This document shows positions 46,599-56,651 of a stretch of DNA of 64,000 bases, one piece after another. The translations under genes were made by a program, and so were the position numbers. Position 1 is the first letter of the stretch; each line of letters starts with the position of its first letter. Origin of the DNA: Clostridiales bacterium (lineage in GTDB: Bacteria; Bacillota; Clostridia; Christensenellales; Borkfalkiaceae); assembly GCA_015055545.1 (NCBI GenBank), contig SVHY01000004.1, positions 10,985-74,984 on the forward strand, read 5' to 3'. The notes under the pieces were generated by a model, which saw only the letters and a list, made by a program, of their open reading frames with translations, was not told the DNA's origin and searched no databases.

Positions 46599-47381
46599 AT
46601 GAAAAAAACGGTTTTAATTACGGGCGCTTGTATCAATACGGGCGTAGCCATTGTGGAAAAATTTGCGTTAGAGGGCTGGAACGTCGTGTTCACGGGCAGA
46701 AATCCTGAAAAAGTTGCGCTCGCGGAAAAGAATTATCGCGATAAATTTCCAAACGTAGAAATTAACGGATATGCGATGAATTCGCTCGTTGACGAACGGA
46801 CGGTAAACGAACGGGCTTTGGACGAACTGTTTGCCGATTTGGACAAGAAAGACGTGTTTATCGAATGTCTTGTTTTGAACGCCGCCGATCAAGGCTTAAA
46901 TATGAAAATTTTTGAAAATCCCGTAACGGATTTTATGCGCGTTTTGAACACGAATATCACTTGGAATTTTTGCATCGTCGAACGTGCGGCAAAGCGCATG
47001 AAAGAAAACGGCGGCGGCAGCGTCGTGTTTATCAATTCCAACACAGCGTATCGGGCGATTCCCGACCGTATTGCTTATGTGGCAAGTAAAGGTGGACAGC
47101 TTGGTTTAATGCGCGCGCTTGCGTTCGATTTGGGGAAATACAATATCCGCGTGAACGCGGTATTGCCCGGTATGATACGGACGGACAGATGGGAAAACAA
47201 TCCCGATTTTTATGAAAACGTACCGTCGAGATTTACGCCGCTTGGCGACGTGGCAACGGGCGCGGATATCGCCGATGCCGTTTGGTATTTTGCTTCTGCG
47301 GCGAGAAATACGACGGGTGCGGAGCTGGTTGTGGACGGAGGCAATACGATTCAGCTTTATCCGATAATTCCCAAGGAGTAA
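46599..47381 (+). CDS. SDR-family oxidoreductase
   Basis: TGACINTG (a variant of TGxxxGxG), NAA, and the catalytic YVASK. Confidence 0.8.
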   Translation: MKKTVLITGACINTGVAIVEKFALEGWNVVFTGRNPEKVALAEKNYRDKFPNVEINGYAMNSLVDERTVNERALDELFADLDKKDVFIECLVLNAADQGLNMKIFENPVTDFMRVLNTNITWNFCIVERAAKRMKENGGGSVVFINSNTAYRAIPDRIAYVASKGGQLGLMRALAFDLGKYNIRVNAVLPGMIRTDRWENNPDFYENVPSRFTPLGDVATGADIADAVWYFASAARNTTGAELVVDGGNTIQLYPIIPKE

Positions 47382-47385
47382 GAAT

Positions 47386-48066
47386 ATGCAAATCACTTGG
47401 CTGGGGCAGGCGGGGCTGTTATTTGAATTAAGTGGTAAAAAAATTTTAATAGACCCGTATTTATCCAATAGCGTGGCAAAAATAGAGCCTCAAAATTACC
47501 GTCGCGTACCTGTTGACGAACGGTTTTTAGAAATTAAACCGGACGTGATTATTATTACGCATAATCACGCCGACCATTTGGATAAAGAAACGCTGTGCCA
47601 TTATTTAGACGAAAACAGCGAAGTGACGGTGTTTGCGCCGAACGGGGCATGGCAAGAGGTACGGAAATTTGGTGGACAAAAGAATAATTATATCTTATTT
47701 AATAATGGGACGACATGGACGGAAGATTTTGCCTCTTTTCGCGCGGTAAAAGCGGAACATTCAGACGAATACGCGATAGGCGTTATTTTGTCTGCGGAAG
47801 GGAAAAATTACTATATTACAGGCGATACGCTGTATAGCGAAAGGGTGTTTGAAAGCCTACCTAAAACAGCGATAGACGTTGTGTTTTTGCCTGTCAACGG
47901 CGTGGGGAATAACATGAATTTTGCCGACGCCAAACGTTTTGCGGAAAGGATAAAGGCAAAGAAAACCGTACCTGTCCATATTGGCACGTTTGATAATTTA
48001 AATGCGGAGGACTGGGATTGCGAAAACAAGGTAATACCGAGTTTATATAAAGAAATCAATTTATAA
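47386..48066 (+). CDS. MBL-fold metallo-hydrolase (UlaG-like; possible lactonase)
   Basis: ITWLGQAGLL start and the HxHxDH motif THNHADHLD. Confidence 0.78.
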   Translation: MQITWLGQAGLLFELSGKKILIDPYLSNSVAKIEPQNYRRVPVDERFLEIKPDVIIITHNHADHLDKETLCHYLDENSEVTVFAPNGAWQEVRKFGGQKNNYILFNNGTTWTEDFASFRAVKAEHSDEYAIGVILSAEGKNYYITGDTLYSERVFESLPKTAIDVVFLPVNGVGNNMNFADAKRFAERIKAKKTVPVHIGTFDNLNAEDWDCENKVIPSLYKEINL

Positions 48067-48076
48067 AAGGAACACC

Positions 48077-48117
48077 GCCCTGAAAGCAACTGCTTTCGGG
48101 GCAAGTTTTATTTTTTT
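48077..48117 (+). terminator. Rho-independent terminator
   Basis: GCCCTGAAAGC-aact-GCTTTCGGGGC followed by a TTTTATTTTTTT tract. Confidence 0.75.
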
Positions 48118-48237
48118 ATAGCATATGATAAAGGGGAGATAAAAGGGGAAATTTTTCGCTTGAAAAATTTTCACGTAAAGGCGGGGCGAAATACTTTCAA
48201 AAACCGAAAAAATATGTTATAATAGGAGCTGAGCGAT

Positions 48238-49122
48238 TTGTATACCTTTTTCCAGACCGAAAAATATGCGCGTTTTACCAAAGAAACACCGTATGCGTTT
48301 GCAGGACATAGCAGTATCGGCGTAGGGGGGATTGCCGCGGCGGCATTTTCGCCGACGACGGAAGAAGAAACGGTTGCGCTCATTACCGCGCTTGAACAAG
48401 ACGGCGTACCCTTTCACGTACTTGGTAATCTTACCAACGTCTTACCCGCCGACGGCGTTTCCAAACGCGTGGTCGTGAGTATGAAGAAATTACGCGGTGT
48501 GCAAAAAAACGGCAATTTGTTATCCGTACGTGCGGGTACGACGGCGGGAGCGCTGCTTGCCGAATGTAAACGTTTGCGATTATCGGGGGCGGAATTTTTA
48601 ACGGGTATACCTTGTACGGTAGGCGGCGCGCTATATATGAACGCGGGAGTAGGCGGTGCGTATATCGGTAAAATCGTGGAAAGCGTGACGGCGCTTTACG
48701 ACGGTCAAATCATAACGCTTACGCAAGCGGATTGTGGGTACGCGTATAAGCATAGCGCGTTTATGCAGGGTGGATTTGTTATCTTGCGCGCGGATTTGCG
48801 TTTGTCGAATGAGAAAATCGAGATTATACAAGACAGAATACGCGATTTCGACGAACGAAGAAAGCATTTACCAAAAGGCAAAAGCATGGGTTGCGTGTTC
48901 AAAAACCCCAAAAACGCGGTGGCGGGTCGGCTTATAGAAAACGCAGGGTTGAAAGGTATGCGCGTGGGTGGCGCGGTAGTGTCGAGAGAGCACGCGAACT
49001 TTATTATCAACGACAACCACGCGACGGCGCGGGATATTAAAAAATTGATTGCGCTTGTAAAAAACGCGGTATTTGCGCAATATAAAATAAACTTGGAAGA
49101 AGAAATTAGGTATTTGGATTGA
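48238..49122 (+). CDS. murB: UDP-N-acetylenolpyruvoylglucosamine reductase
   Basis: FAD-binding N-terminus (IGVGGIA), GNLTNVL, and MGCVFKNP / RVGGAVVSREHANFIIN blocks. TTG start with GGAG about 10 nt upstream. Confidence 0.9.
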   Translation: MYTFFQTEKYARFTKETPYAFAGHSSIGVGGIAAAAFSPTTEEETVALITALEQDGVPFHVLGNLTNVLPADGVSKRVVVSMKKLRGVQKNGNLLSVRAGTTAGALLAECKRLRLSGAEFLTGIPCTVGGALYMNAGVGGAYIGKIVESVTALYDGQIITLTQADCGYAYKHSAFMQGGFVILRADLRLSNEKIEIIQDRIRDFDERRKHLPKGKSMGCVFKNPKNAVAGRLIENAGLKGMRVGGAVVSREHANFIINDNHATARDIKKLIALVKNAVFAQYKINLEEEIRYLD

Positions 49123-49125
49123 GAT

Positions 49126-49899
49126 ATGATTTTAACGGCTGATTATCATACGCATACGCCTTATTCGCACGGTAAAAACACGGTTGCGGAAAACGTTTGC
49201 GCCGCAAAGGAAAAGGGCTTGCAGGAAATAGCCGTTTCCGATCACGGTTTTGCGCATTTAGCGTTCGGCGTTTCGCGAAAAAAGATTCCCGCTTGTAGGG
49301 CGGAATGTCAAGCGGCGGAAAAGGAATACGGCGTGAAAGTGCTCCTTGGTATGGAGGCGAATATTTTAGGCAAGTCGGGTAAGACGGATTTAAAGGTGCA
49401 AGACTACGACGATTTTGATATCTTTCTTTGCGGCAACCATATCTTCGTCGCATACGAGAGCTTTGGACAGTGGTGGAGCTACGGTATGGGGAATATTTTC
49501 TCCCGCAAATTCCGTTCCCGCCCGTCGGACAAGCTGATAGCGTTGAATACGAAAGCGTATATCCAAACGATTAAAAATAACCCTGTGGATATCTTAACGC
49601 ATTTGAATTACCTTTGCCCTGCCGACGCGTTGGAAGTGGCGAAATGCTCTGCTGATTACGGCACGTATATCGAGCTCAATTCCAAAAAAGAACATTTGAC
49701 GGACGAGGAATTAAACGACATCGTGCAAAAGACTTCCGCGCGTTTCGTCGTGGATTCGGACGCACATTCCGCGTCGCGCGTTGGAGATACTGCGCGGGTG
49801 GAACAGCAGCTTGCGCGGCTGAACTTCCCCATGGATAGAATAGACAATATCGACGGGCGTACGCCTACGCTGCGTTTCAAGGACTATAAAAGCAGATGA
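49126..49899 (+). CDS. PHP-domain phosphoesterase (histidinol-phosphatase-like)
   Basis: DYHTHTPYSHG at the N-terminus, with later SDHG, H-x-N and DSDAH metal-ligand motifs. Confidence 0.8.
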   Translation: MILTADYHTHTPYSHGKNTVAENVCAAKEKGLQEIAVSDHGFAHLAFGVSRKKIPACRAECQAAEKEYGVKVLLGMEANILGKSGKTDLKVQDYDDFDIFLCGNHIFVAYESFGQWWSYGMGNIFSRKFRSRPSDKLIALNTKAYIQTIKNNPVDILTHLNYLCPADALEVAKCSADYGTYIELNSKKEHLTDEELNDIVQKTSARFVVDSDAHSASRVGDTARVEQQLARLNFPMDRIDNIDGRTPTLRFKDYKSR

Positions 49900-50831
49900 A
49901 CTTCACTTCGGAGATAAAAAAAGAACTCGTATCCCGTTTCGGCGGGGGAGAAACAACGGACGGGAAACGCGCGGCGCTTTCCGCGTTCGTACGTACGAGC
50001 GGTACGCTGGGTATAGCGCAAAACGCGCCCACGTTCTTTCTCGTCAGCGAAACGGAAATCGTTGCCGAACTGTTCATGCGTTTATTTTTTGAAACGTTTG
50101 AAACGGAGCTTTCCGTAACTCACGCTACGACGGATAAAAAGAGCGGGAAAGGCAAGCTCGTTTTGCAAAGCCACGGCGCGGATACGTCGGATATTCTGCG
50201 CGGTTTAGGGCTTTTAAAACGCGACGAGAAGGATTTTAGGACGGGGATTGCGAATTCCCTTTTGAAAAACGAAAGAGCGGAAATAGCGTATATTAAAGGC
50301 GCGTTTTTGGGCGGCGGCAGTTGTACGTTACCCACGGGCAAAACGGTAGGTTATCATTTAGAAATCGTGTTTTCGGATAAAAAAACGGCGCTGGATTTTT
50401 GCTTGCTGTTAGAGCGGTACGAGTTGATTGCCAAATGGATAGAACGCAAGGAAAATTTCGTGGTATATATCAAGAGTAAGGAGCTTATTTCCGATTTCTT
50501 GTCGCTCGTGGGGGCGGAAAGTTGTTTAAAAAAATTTAACGCGTTCGTGGAAAAACGGGACGAAGCAAATCGCGATAACCGTGCGAAAAACTGTTTTGCG
50601 GGTAACGCGGATAAAACGGCGATTGCCGCCGTAAAACAGGTGGTGGCGATCGGGAAAATCGAACAGGAAACGGGGCTTGCGAGCTTGAGCGAGGATTTGT
50701 ATGCGCTTGCCAAAGCGCGACTGAAACACCCGCACAAGTCGCTGAAAGAATTGTCGGAAATGCTTGGCGTGAGCAAGAGTTGTTTAAATCACCGTATGCG
50801 TAAGCTTATGGAAATAGCGGAGGAGCTTTAA
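49896..50831 (+). CDS. whiA: DNA-binding protein WhiA
   Basis: Starts FTSEIKKEL, has a LAGLIDADG-like core (IKGAFLGGGS), and a C-terminal HTH LSEMLGVSKSCLNHRMRKL. Confidence 0.92.
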   Translation: MNFTSEIKKELVSRFGGGETTDGKRAALSAFVRTSGTLGIAQNAPTFFLVSETEIVAELFMRLFFETFETELSVTHATTDKKSGKGKLVLQSHGADTSDILRGLGLLKRDEKDFRTGIANSLLKNERAEIAYIKGAFLGGGSCTLPTGKTVGYHLEIVFSDKKTALDFCLLLERYELIAKWIERKENFVVYIKSKELISDFLSLVGAESCLKKFNAFVEKRDEANRDNRAKNCFAGNADKTAIAAVKQVVAIGKIEQETGLASLSEDLYALAKARLKHPHKSLKELSEMLGVSKSCLNHRMRKLMEIAEEL

Positions 50832-50834
50832 AAG

Positions 50835-53800
50835 ATGACGGATTTTGTACACTTACATCTACATACGGAATACAGTCTTTTGGACGGGGCGGCGAAAGTC
50901 GACGACCTCGTAGATTATCTTGTTAAAAACAATATCAACGCCTGTGCCGTTACTGACCACGGTAATATGTACGCGTCGTTGTATTTTGCCGAAGAATGTG
51001 TAAAAAAAGGCATTAAATATATTATTGGTTGCGAGTTGTACGCCACGGACGACCATTTGGACAAGCGCGTGGGTACGAAAACGGAGCATATCGTTTTACT
51101 TGCCAAAAACAAAACGGGGTATAGAAATATCGTCAAGCTCGATTCGCTTTCGTATATCGACGGTTTTTACGGTAAACCGCGTATCAGTTACGATTATATC
51201 AAACGCTACCACGAGGGCGTAATTTGTCTTTCCGCGTGTTTGGCGGGTAGAATGCCGCAGCTCTTGTTAAACGGCGATTACGACGGGGCGAAAGCTTGGG
51301 CAGCGGATATGAAAGCGGTGTTTGGCGACGATTTTTATATCGAATTGCAAGACCACGGTATACAGGAAGAAAAACAGGTTATTCCCGACCTTATCAAAAT
51401 TGCAAAAGAACTGGATATCGGGTTGGTGGCGACAAACGACGTGCATTATATCGAAAAGGAAGACTGGGAAGCGCACGACGTTTTGCTTTGTATTCAAACG
51501 AAGAAAACGCTTGCCGACCCTAAGCGTATGAAATTCGACACGCACGAATTTTATATGAAATCGGGCGACGAAATGGCAGAACTGTTCCATTACGTGCCCG
51601 AAGCGATTACAAACACGCGCGTGATTGCGGATAAGATAGAAGAACCCGCGTTCGATTTAACGCCTAAGGGCGATCCGATCCGTGATACGTCGCTCATTCC
51701 CTTGTACAAGCCCGACGACGGTTCGACGTCGCCCGATTATTTAACGCGCCTTACGTGGGAAGGATTGAAAGGCAGATACGCGGATATCACGCCCGAAATC
51801 AAAGCACGCGTGGAATACGAGCTCGGTATTATTATCAAGATGGGCTTTGCCGATTATTTCTTGATCGTGTGGGATTATATCAACTGGTCGCGTTTGAACG
51901 GCATACCCGTAGGACCGGGGCGTGGTTCGGGGGTAGGTAGTATCGTTGCGTATTCCATTGGGATTACGGACGTTGATCCGCTTAGATACGATTTGATTTT
52001 CGAGCGGTTCTTGAACCCCGACCGTGTATCCATGCCCGACTTCGACGTGGACTTTTGTACCAAGAGAAGATACGAAACGATTGAATACGTTCGTGAAAAA
52101 TACCACCCCGAAAACGTAGCGCAAATCGTTACGTTCGGTACGCTTGCCTCGCGCGCGGTTATTAAAGACGTAGGGCGGGTTATGGGCGTTCCGTATTCGG
52201 AAACGGACAAGGTTGCAAAGCTGATGGACGGCAAATCGACGATCGGCGAATTGTTGGGACGGAAAATACCCAAATTAGAAGAAAAGCTTGCCGATCCGAA
52301 CTTGGACGAGGAAAAGCGCAGGGATATAGAAAAGAACCTTGCCGAGCAAAAGAAAAAGAAAAATTCGGAATTTATCGACGTGTACGAGAGCAACGAAGAA
52401 CTCCGTCGCGTTATCGATATGGGCTTGAAACTTGAAGGTATGCCCAAGAACACGTCCGAACACGCGGCGGGCGTCGTTATCTGCAATAAAGTGCTTTCCG
52501 ATAACGTTCCGCTTGCGCGAAACGGTGAAGATATCGTTACGCAATTCGATATGAAAGAAGTGGAAGCGGTGGGAATGCTCAAAATGGACTTCTTGGCACT
52601 TACGACGCTTACCGATATCCAAAACACGCTGGAATATATCAAAGAGGGCTTGGGGATTGATATTGATTTCAACGCCATCGGCGTGGACGTGCCCGAGGCG
52701 TACGAGCTTATCTCGTCGGGGGATACCGACGCGGTGTTCCAACTCGAACAAGGCGGCATGAAAAAGTTCATGAAAGAACTGCAACCGAACTGCTTGGAAG
52801 ATTTGATAGCAGGTATTTCGTTGTATCGTCCCGGACCTATGGACTTTATCCCCAAATATATCTATAATAAACACCACCCCGAAGAAATCGTGTACGATAC
52901 GCCTTATCTTGAACCGATTTTGAAAAATTCGTACGGGGTTATCATATACCAAGAACAGGTTATGCAAATTTTCCAACAGCTTGCCGGGTATTCGCTTGGA
53001 CAAGCGGACTTGGTTCGTCGCGCCATGGCGAAAAAGAAGAAAAAAGAGCTGATGGAACAAAAAGACAAATTTATTTACGGTGCGCCCGCGGAGGGGATTA
53101 CGGGCTGTGCGTCGCTTGGGATTCCTGCGGAAGTGGCGGGCAAGATTTTCGCGGACATGGAAAGTTTTGCTTCCTACGCATTTAATAAATCGCATGCGGC
53201 GGCGTACGCGGTGGTAGCGTACAGAACGGCGTACTTGAAAGCGTTTTATCCTAAAGAATTTTTGGCGGGTATTTTAAACGACCGTATCGATAAAATTGAA
53301 GAAATTTCCAAGTATATTATGTATATGAAGGAAAAGAATATCGACGTTCTGCCGCCCGATATCAATAAATCCAAGGAGATTTTCTGGGTGGAGGGTAACG
53401 GCTTGCGGATCGGGCTTGGAGCGCTTCGCGGCGTTGGTCAAGACGCGATAGCCGCCGTTATTAAGGAACGTAACGAACACGGTCTGTTCAAGGATTTTGC
53501 GGATTTTGTCGTGCGCTGTGCGAAATATATCAATAAGCGTATCGTCGAAAGCTTGATTTACGCAGGCGCGTTCGATTCGTTTGGATACGCCCGCGCGCAA
53601 GTGGCGGCGGTGTACGAAGAAGCGCTTTCACGCGTAAACGCTATGGATAAACAAAAGGCTGGCGCGCAAATTTCGCTCTTTGGCAGTATTTTGGAAGAAC
53701 AGGCGTTGGAAATTTCCTATCCGAATATCCCCGAATACGAAACGATGGAAAAACTGTCTAAGGAAAAATCGGTGCTGGGCGTGTACGTCAGCGGACACCC

Positions 53801-54482
53801 GTTTGAAAAATTCTTGCCCTATTTTAAGGACAGAACGTTTAACTGTTCCATGCTCAATAATTTTGTGGAAGACGAAGAAACGGGCGTGAAAACGTATACA
53901 GATATTGCCGACGGTATGCAGGTTAGTATGGGCGGTATGATTTCCGCGTATAAAAAACTCAAAACGCGTACGGGCGCGTTTATGGCGTTCGTTACGGTGG
54001 AAGATATGTACGGGTCTATTGAATGTGTTTGTTTCCCTAAAACCTACGAACGTATGCGTGATTTCTTGGAGGCAGACAGGGTTGTTTCGCTTACGGGAAA
54101 AATTAGCATCGACGACGAAAAATTACCCGCGATTATCGTCGATAAAATTTTTGAGTTTACCTTAAACGACGACGGAGTAGCGCGTGAACAACCGCAGACG
54201 TATTCCCGCGCTTTTGACGAAACGTCGAAAGAGGAACGAGTTCAACCCAAAACGGAAGAAAAATCGGACGCGGACAAAAAACTTTGGCTCAACGTTTCGG
54301 GCATGATAAGTGAAGACGTTGAAGAACTTATGGAAACGCTTACCTTCTACGCAGGTGAAACGGTAGTGTATTTCGTAAAGGACGGCAAAAAAATGCTTTG
54401 TTCCCAACGCGTGAACCCCAATCGCGCGCTCATGGCAGAGCTCCGTTCGTTCTTGCCTGAAAATGCGATTAAACTCGTTTAA
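50835..54482 (+). CDS. dnaE: DNA polymerase III alpha subunit (DnaE type)
   Basis: PHP N-terminus FVHLHLHTEYSLLDGA, polymerase core blocks (PDFDVDF, GLLKMDFLAL, FNKSHAAAYA), and an OB-fold region. Confidence 0.97.
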   Translation: MTDFVHLHLHTEYSLLDGAAKVDDLVDYLVKNNINACAVTDHGNMYASLYFAEECVKKGIKYIIGCELYATDDHLDKRVGTKTEHIVLLAKNKTGYRNIVKLDSLSYIDGFYGKPRISYDYIKRYHEGVICLSACLAGRMPQLLLNGDYDGAKAWAADMKAVFGDDFYIELQDHGIQEEKQVIPDLIKIAKELDIGLVATNDVHYIEKEDWEAHDVLLCIQTKKTLADPKRMKFDTHEFYMKSGDEMAELFHYVPEAITNTRVIADKIEEPAFDLTPKGDPIRDTSLIPLYKPDDGSTSPDYLTRLTWEGLKGRYADITPEIKARVEYELGIIIKMGFADYFLIVWDYINWSRLNGIPVGPGRGSGVGSIVAYSIGITDVDPLRYDLIFERFLNPDRVSMPDFDVDFCTKRRYETIEYVREKYHPENVAQIVTFGTLASRAVIKDVGRVMGVPYSETDKVAKLMDGKSTIGELLGRKIPKLEEKLADPNLDEEKRRDIEKNLAEQKKKKNSEFIDVYESNEELRRVIDMGLKLEGMPKNTSEHAAGVVICNKVLSDNVPLARNGEDIVTQFDMKEVEAVGMLKMDFLALTTLTDIQNTLEYIKEGLGIDIDFNAIGVDVPEAYELISSGDTDAVFQLEQGGMKKFMKELQPNCLEDLIAGISLYRPGPMDFIPKYIYNKHHPEEIVYDTPYLEPILKNSYGVIIYQEQVMQIFQQLAGYSLGQADLVRRAMAKKKKKELMEQKDKFIYGAPAEGITGCASLGIPAEVAGKIFADMESFASYAFNKSHAAAYAVVAYRTAYLKAFYPKEFLAGILNDRIDKIEEISKYIMYMKEKNIDVLPPDINKSKEIFWVEGNGLRIGLGALRGVGQDAIAAVIKERNEHGLFKDFADFVVRCAKYINKRIVESLIYAGAFDSFGYARAQVAAVYEEALSRVNAMDKQKAGAQISLFGSILEEQALEISYPNIPEYETMEKLSKEKSVLGVYVSGHPFEKFLPYFKDRTFNCSMLNNFVEDEETGVKTYTDIADGMQVSMGGMISAYKKLKTRTGAFMAFVTVEDMYGSIECVCFPKTYERMRDFLEADRVVSLTGKISIDDEKLPAIIVDKIFEFTLNDDGVAREQPQTYSRAFDETSKEERVQPKTEEKSDADKKLWLNVSGMISEDVEELMETLTFYAGETVVYFVKDGKKMLCSQRVNPNRALMAELRSFLPENAIKLV

Positions 54483-54629
54483 AAAATAAAATGTGAAAAT
54501 TTTCAAAAATAACCATTCAAATCGTTTGTTTTTTTCAAAACTTTTGCTATAATATATTATGTGCGCCTTGTAAGCGCGCGTATGAAAAAAGAATATTATC
54601 CAAAGATAAAGGAAAGAGGTATATAGATT

Positions 54630-55592
54630 ATGAAACGTATAGGTCTGTTGACGAGCGGCGGCGACGCCCCCGGCATGAACGCGGCTATTCGTGCGGTTGT
54701 CCGTTCGGGAATTTATTTCGGAATGGAAATGTTTGGTATTGAACGCGGTTATGCAGGTTTGATTGAAGATAAAGTAGTGCCGATGGAAATGCGTAGCGTT
54801 TCCAATATCGTGCAATTTGGCGGTACGAAACTCCGTACGGCAAGATGTTTGGAAATGATGACTGTTGAAGGTCAGGCGCAAGCGGTAAAAACGCTTGAAA
54901 AACACGGTATAGAGGGTTTGGTTGTTATCGGTGGCGACGGTTCGTTCCGCGGTGCGAAAGAACTTACCGACCGTTTCGGCGTGCCTACGATCGGTATCCC
55001 CGGTACGATTGATAACGACTTGGAATATACCGATTATACGCTTGGTTTTGATACGGCGGTTAATACCTGTTTGGACATCATTAACAAACTCCGCGATACG
55101 ATGACTTCTCACGAACGCGTTTCCGTCGTGGAAGTTATGGGTAGACATTGCGGCGATATCGCGCTTTACAGCGGTATTGCGTCGGGTGCGGAAATTATCG
55201 TTGTGCCTGAAATCACGTTTGATATGGACGAAATCGTTTCTAAAATCAACCGTTCGCGCGCGAACGGTAAACATTCTAATATCGTCGTGGTAGCGGAAGG
55301 CGTTATGGGCGCGGACGAATTTGCAAAGCAATTGCAAGCGCGCACGTCTTATTCCGTCCGTCCTACTTGTATCGGACACGTACAACGCGGCGGTTCGCCT
55401 ACGATGGCGGATAGAATGTTGGCTGCACAGTTCGGTAACAAAGCGGTACGTTTGTTGAACGACGGTATCGGCAACCGAGCGGTAGGGATTCGAGATAATA
55501 AGATTATAGATATGGATATCATCGAAGCCGTTTCTATGAAAAAGCAGTTTAATTACGAACTGTACGAAACGCTGCAAATGATTTCAATGTAA
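54630..55592 (+). CDS. pfkA: ATP-dependent 6-phosphofructokinase
   Basis: IGLLTSGGDAPGMNAAIRAVV, GGDGS, PGTIDND and GHVQRGG motifs. Confidence 0.96.
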   Translation: MKRIGLLTSGGDAPGMNAAIRAVVRSGIYFGMEMFGIERGYAGLIEDKVVPMEMRSVSNIVQFGGTKLRTARCLEMMTVEGQAQAVKTLEKHGIEGLVVIGGDGSFRGAKELTDRFGVPTIGIPGTIDNDLEYTDYTLGFDTAVNTCLDIINKLRDTMTSHERVSVVEVMGRHCGDIALYSGIASGAEIIVVPEITFDMDEIVSKINRSRANGKHSNIVVVAEGVMGADEFAKQLQARTSYSVRPTCIGHVQRGGSPTMADRMLAAQFGNKAVRLLNDGIGNRAVGIRDNKIIDMDIIEAVSMKKQFNYELYETLQMISM

Positions 55593-55604
55593 CGAAAAGC
55601 GAAA

Positions 55605-55633
55605 GGACCGTTTTTTTGCAACGGTTCTTTTTT
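55605..55633 (+). terminator. Rho-independent terminator after pfkA
   Basis: GGACCGTT-tttttgc-AACGGTTC followed by T6. Confidence 0.75.
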
Positions 55634-55727
55634 ACGGAGAGTGTATTGTTAGGCGAACTTTTTTTGATTTTTGTATTCAAAACAGGAAATTTGCGTTATA
55701 TAATATATAGGGGAGAAAAAAGGGAAA

Positions 55728-56651
55728 ATGATTTTAACAGTTTGTATGAGTCCGTGTACGGACGTAACCGTAGAATTAGACGCTTTGAACGTCGGTAGAT
55801 TAAACGTCGTAAAGAGCAAACAAATGACCTTTGGCGGCAAGGCGTTAAACGTCGCGATCGGCGTAAAACGCTTGGGCGGGGATTCGTTTGCAACGGGCTT
55901 GATGTATAACGAAAACGGCAATACGTTTGAAAGCGCTTTGAATAAAGAGGGCGTGCCGTTTACGTTCGTTTGGAATAAGGGCAGAGCGCGGGAAAATTAT
56001 AAAATTATCGACAACCGTTCCATGCTCACGGAAATTAACGACGTAGGCGAGGAAATATCTAAGGAAAAAGCGCAAGAAGTTTTGTCCATGGTAAGTATGC
56101 TTTCCGCGAAAAGCTCTATCGTGGTTTTGTCGGGTAGCCTGCCGCGCGGTTTAGACGCCGATTATTACGGCAAGCTTGCAAAAGCCGTCAATCCCGCTTG
56201 CATGAAAATCGTCGATGCGGAAAGCGCGCGCGTGTTCGCGGCGCTTGAAACGGGCGTGGATTTATTAAAAGTCAATTTGGAAGAATTTGAAAATACGCTC
56301 GGTAGACGGATTGCGGATAAAGACGATATGCTTGCAGGTTGTAACGAACTGATTTCGCGCGGTGCAAAACGCGTGCTATTATCGCTCGGCAAACAGGGCG
56401 CAGTACTTACCAACGGTAAACAGGCGTATTATTGCAAGAGCATGAACGTAGCCGTCAATTCCACGGTCGGCGCGGGCGACGGTATGGTCGCGGCGGCGGC
56501 GTTGAAACTCAAACAAGACGCGCCGCTTTCGGAAATTTTACGCGCGGGCGTTGCGGCCGGTACGGCGACGGTTATGACGGTGGGGCAAGTTTCGTTTGCT
56601 AAGGAAAAGTACAACGAAGTCCTTGCAAATTTAAGAGTGACTGAATTGTAA
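55728..56651 (+). CDS. 1-phosphofructokinase/tagatose-6-phosphate kinase family hexose kinase (PfkB family)
   Basis: ILTVCMSPCTD start, GGKALNVA, and the C-terminal VNSTVGAGDGMVAA motif. Confidence 0.85.
   Translation: MILTVCMSPCTDVTVELDALNVGRLNVVKSKQMTFGGKALNVAIGVKRLGGDSFATGLMYNENGNTFESALNKEGVPFTFVWNKGRARENYKIIDNRSMLTEINDVGEEISKEKAQEVLSMVSMLSAKSSIVVLSGSLPRGLDADYYGKLAKAVNPACMKIVDAESARVFAALETGVDLLKVNLEEFENTLGRRIADKDDMLAGCNELISRGAKRVLLSLGKQGAVLTNGKQAYYCKSMNVAVNSTVGAGDGMVAAAALKLKQDAPLSEILRAGVAAGTATVMTVGQVSFAKEKYNEVLANLRVTEL

Noticed and set aside
54162-55577. 471-aa ORF antisense to pfkA and the dnaE 3' end
   Set aside because: It is fully antisense to two strongly supported genes. The composition is Arg/Phe/His-rich and of low information, with no RBS. 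This is a typical shadow ORF of a codon-biased gene.
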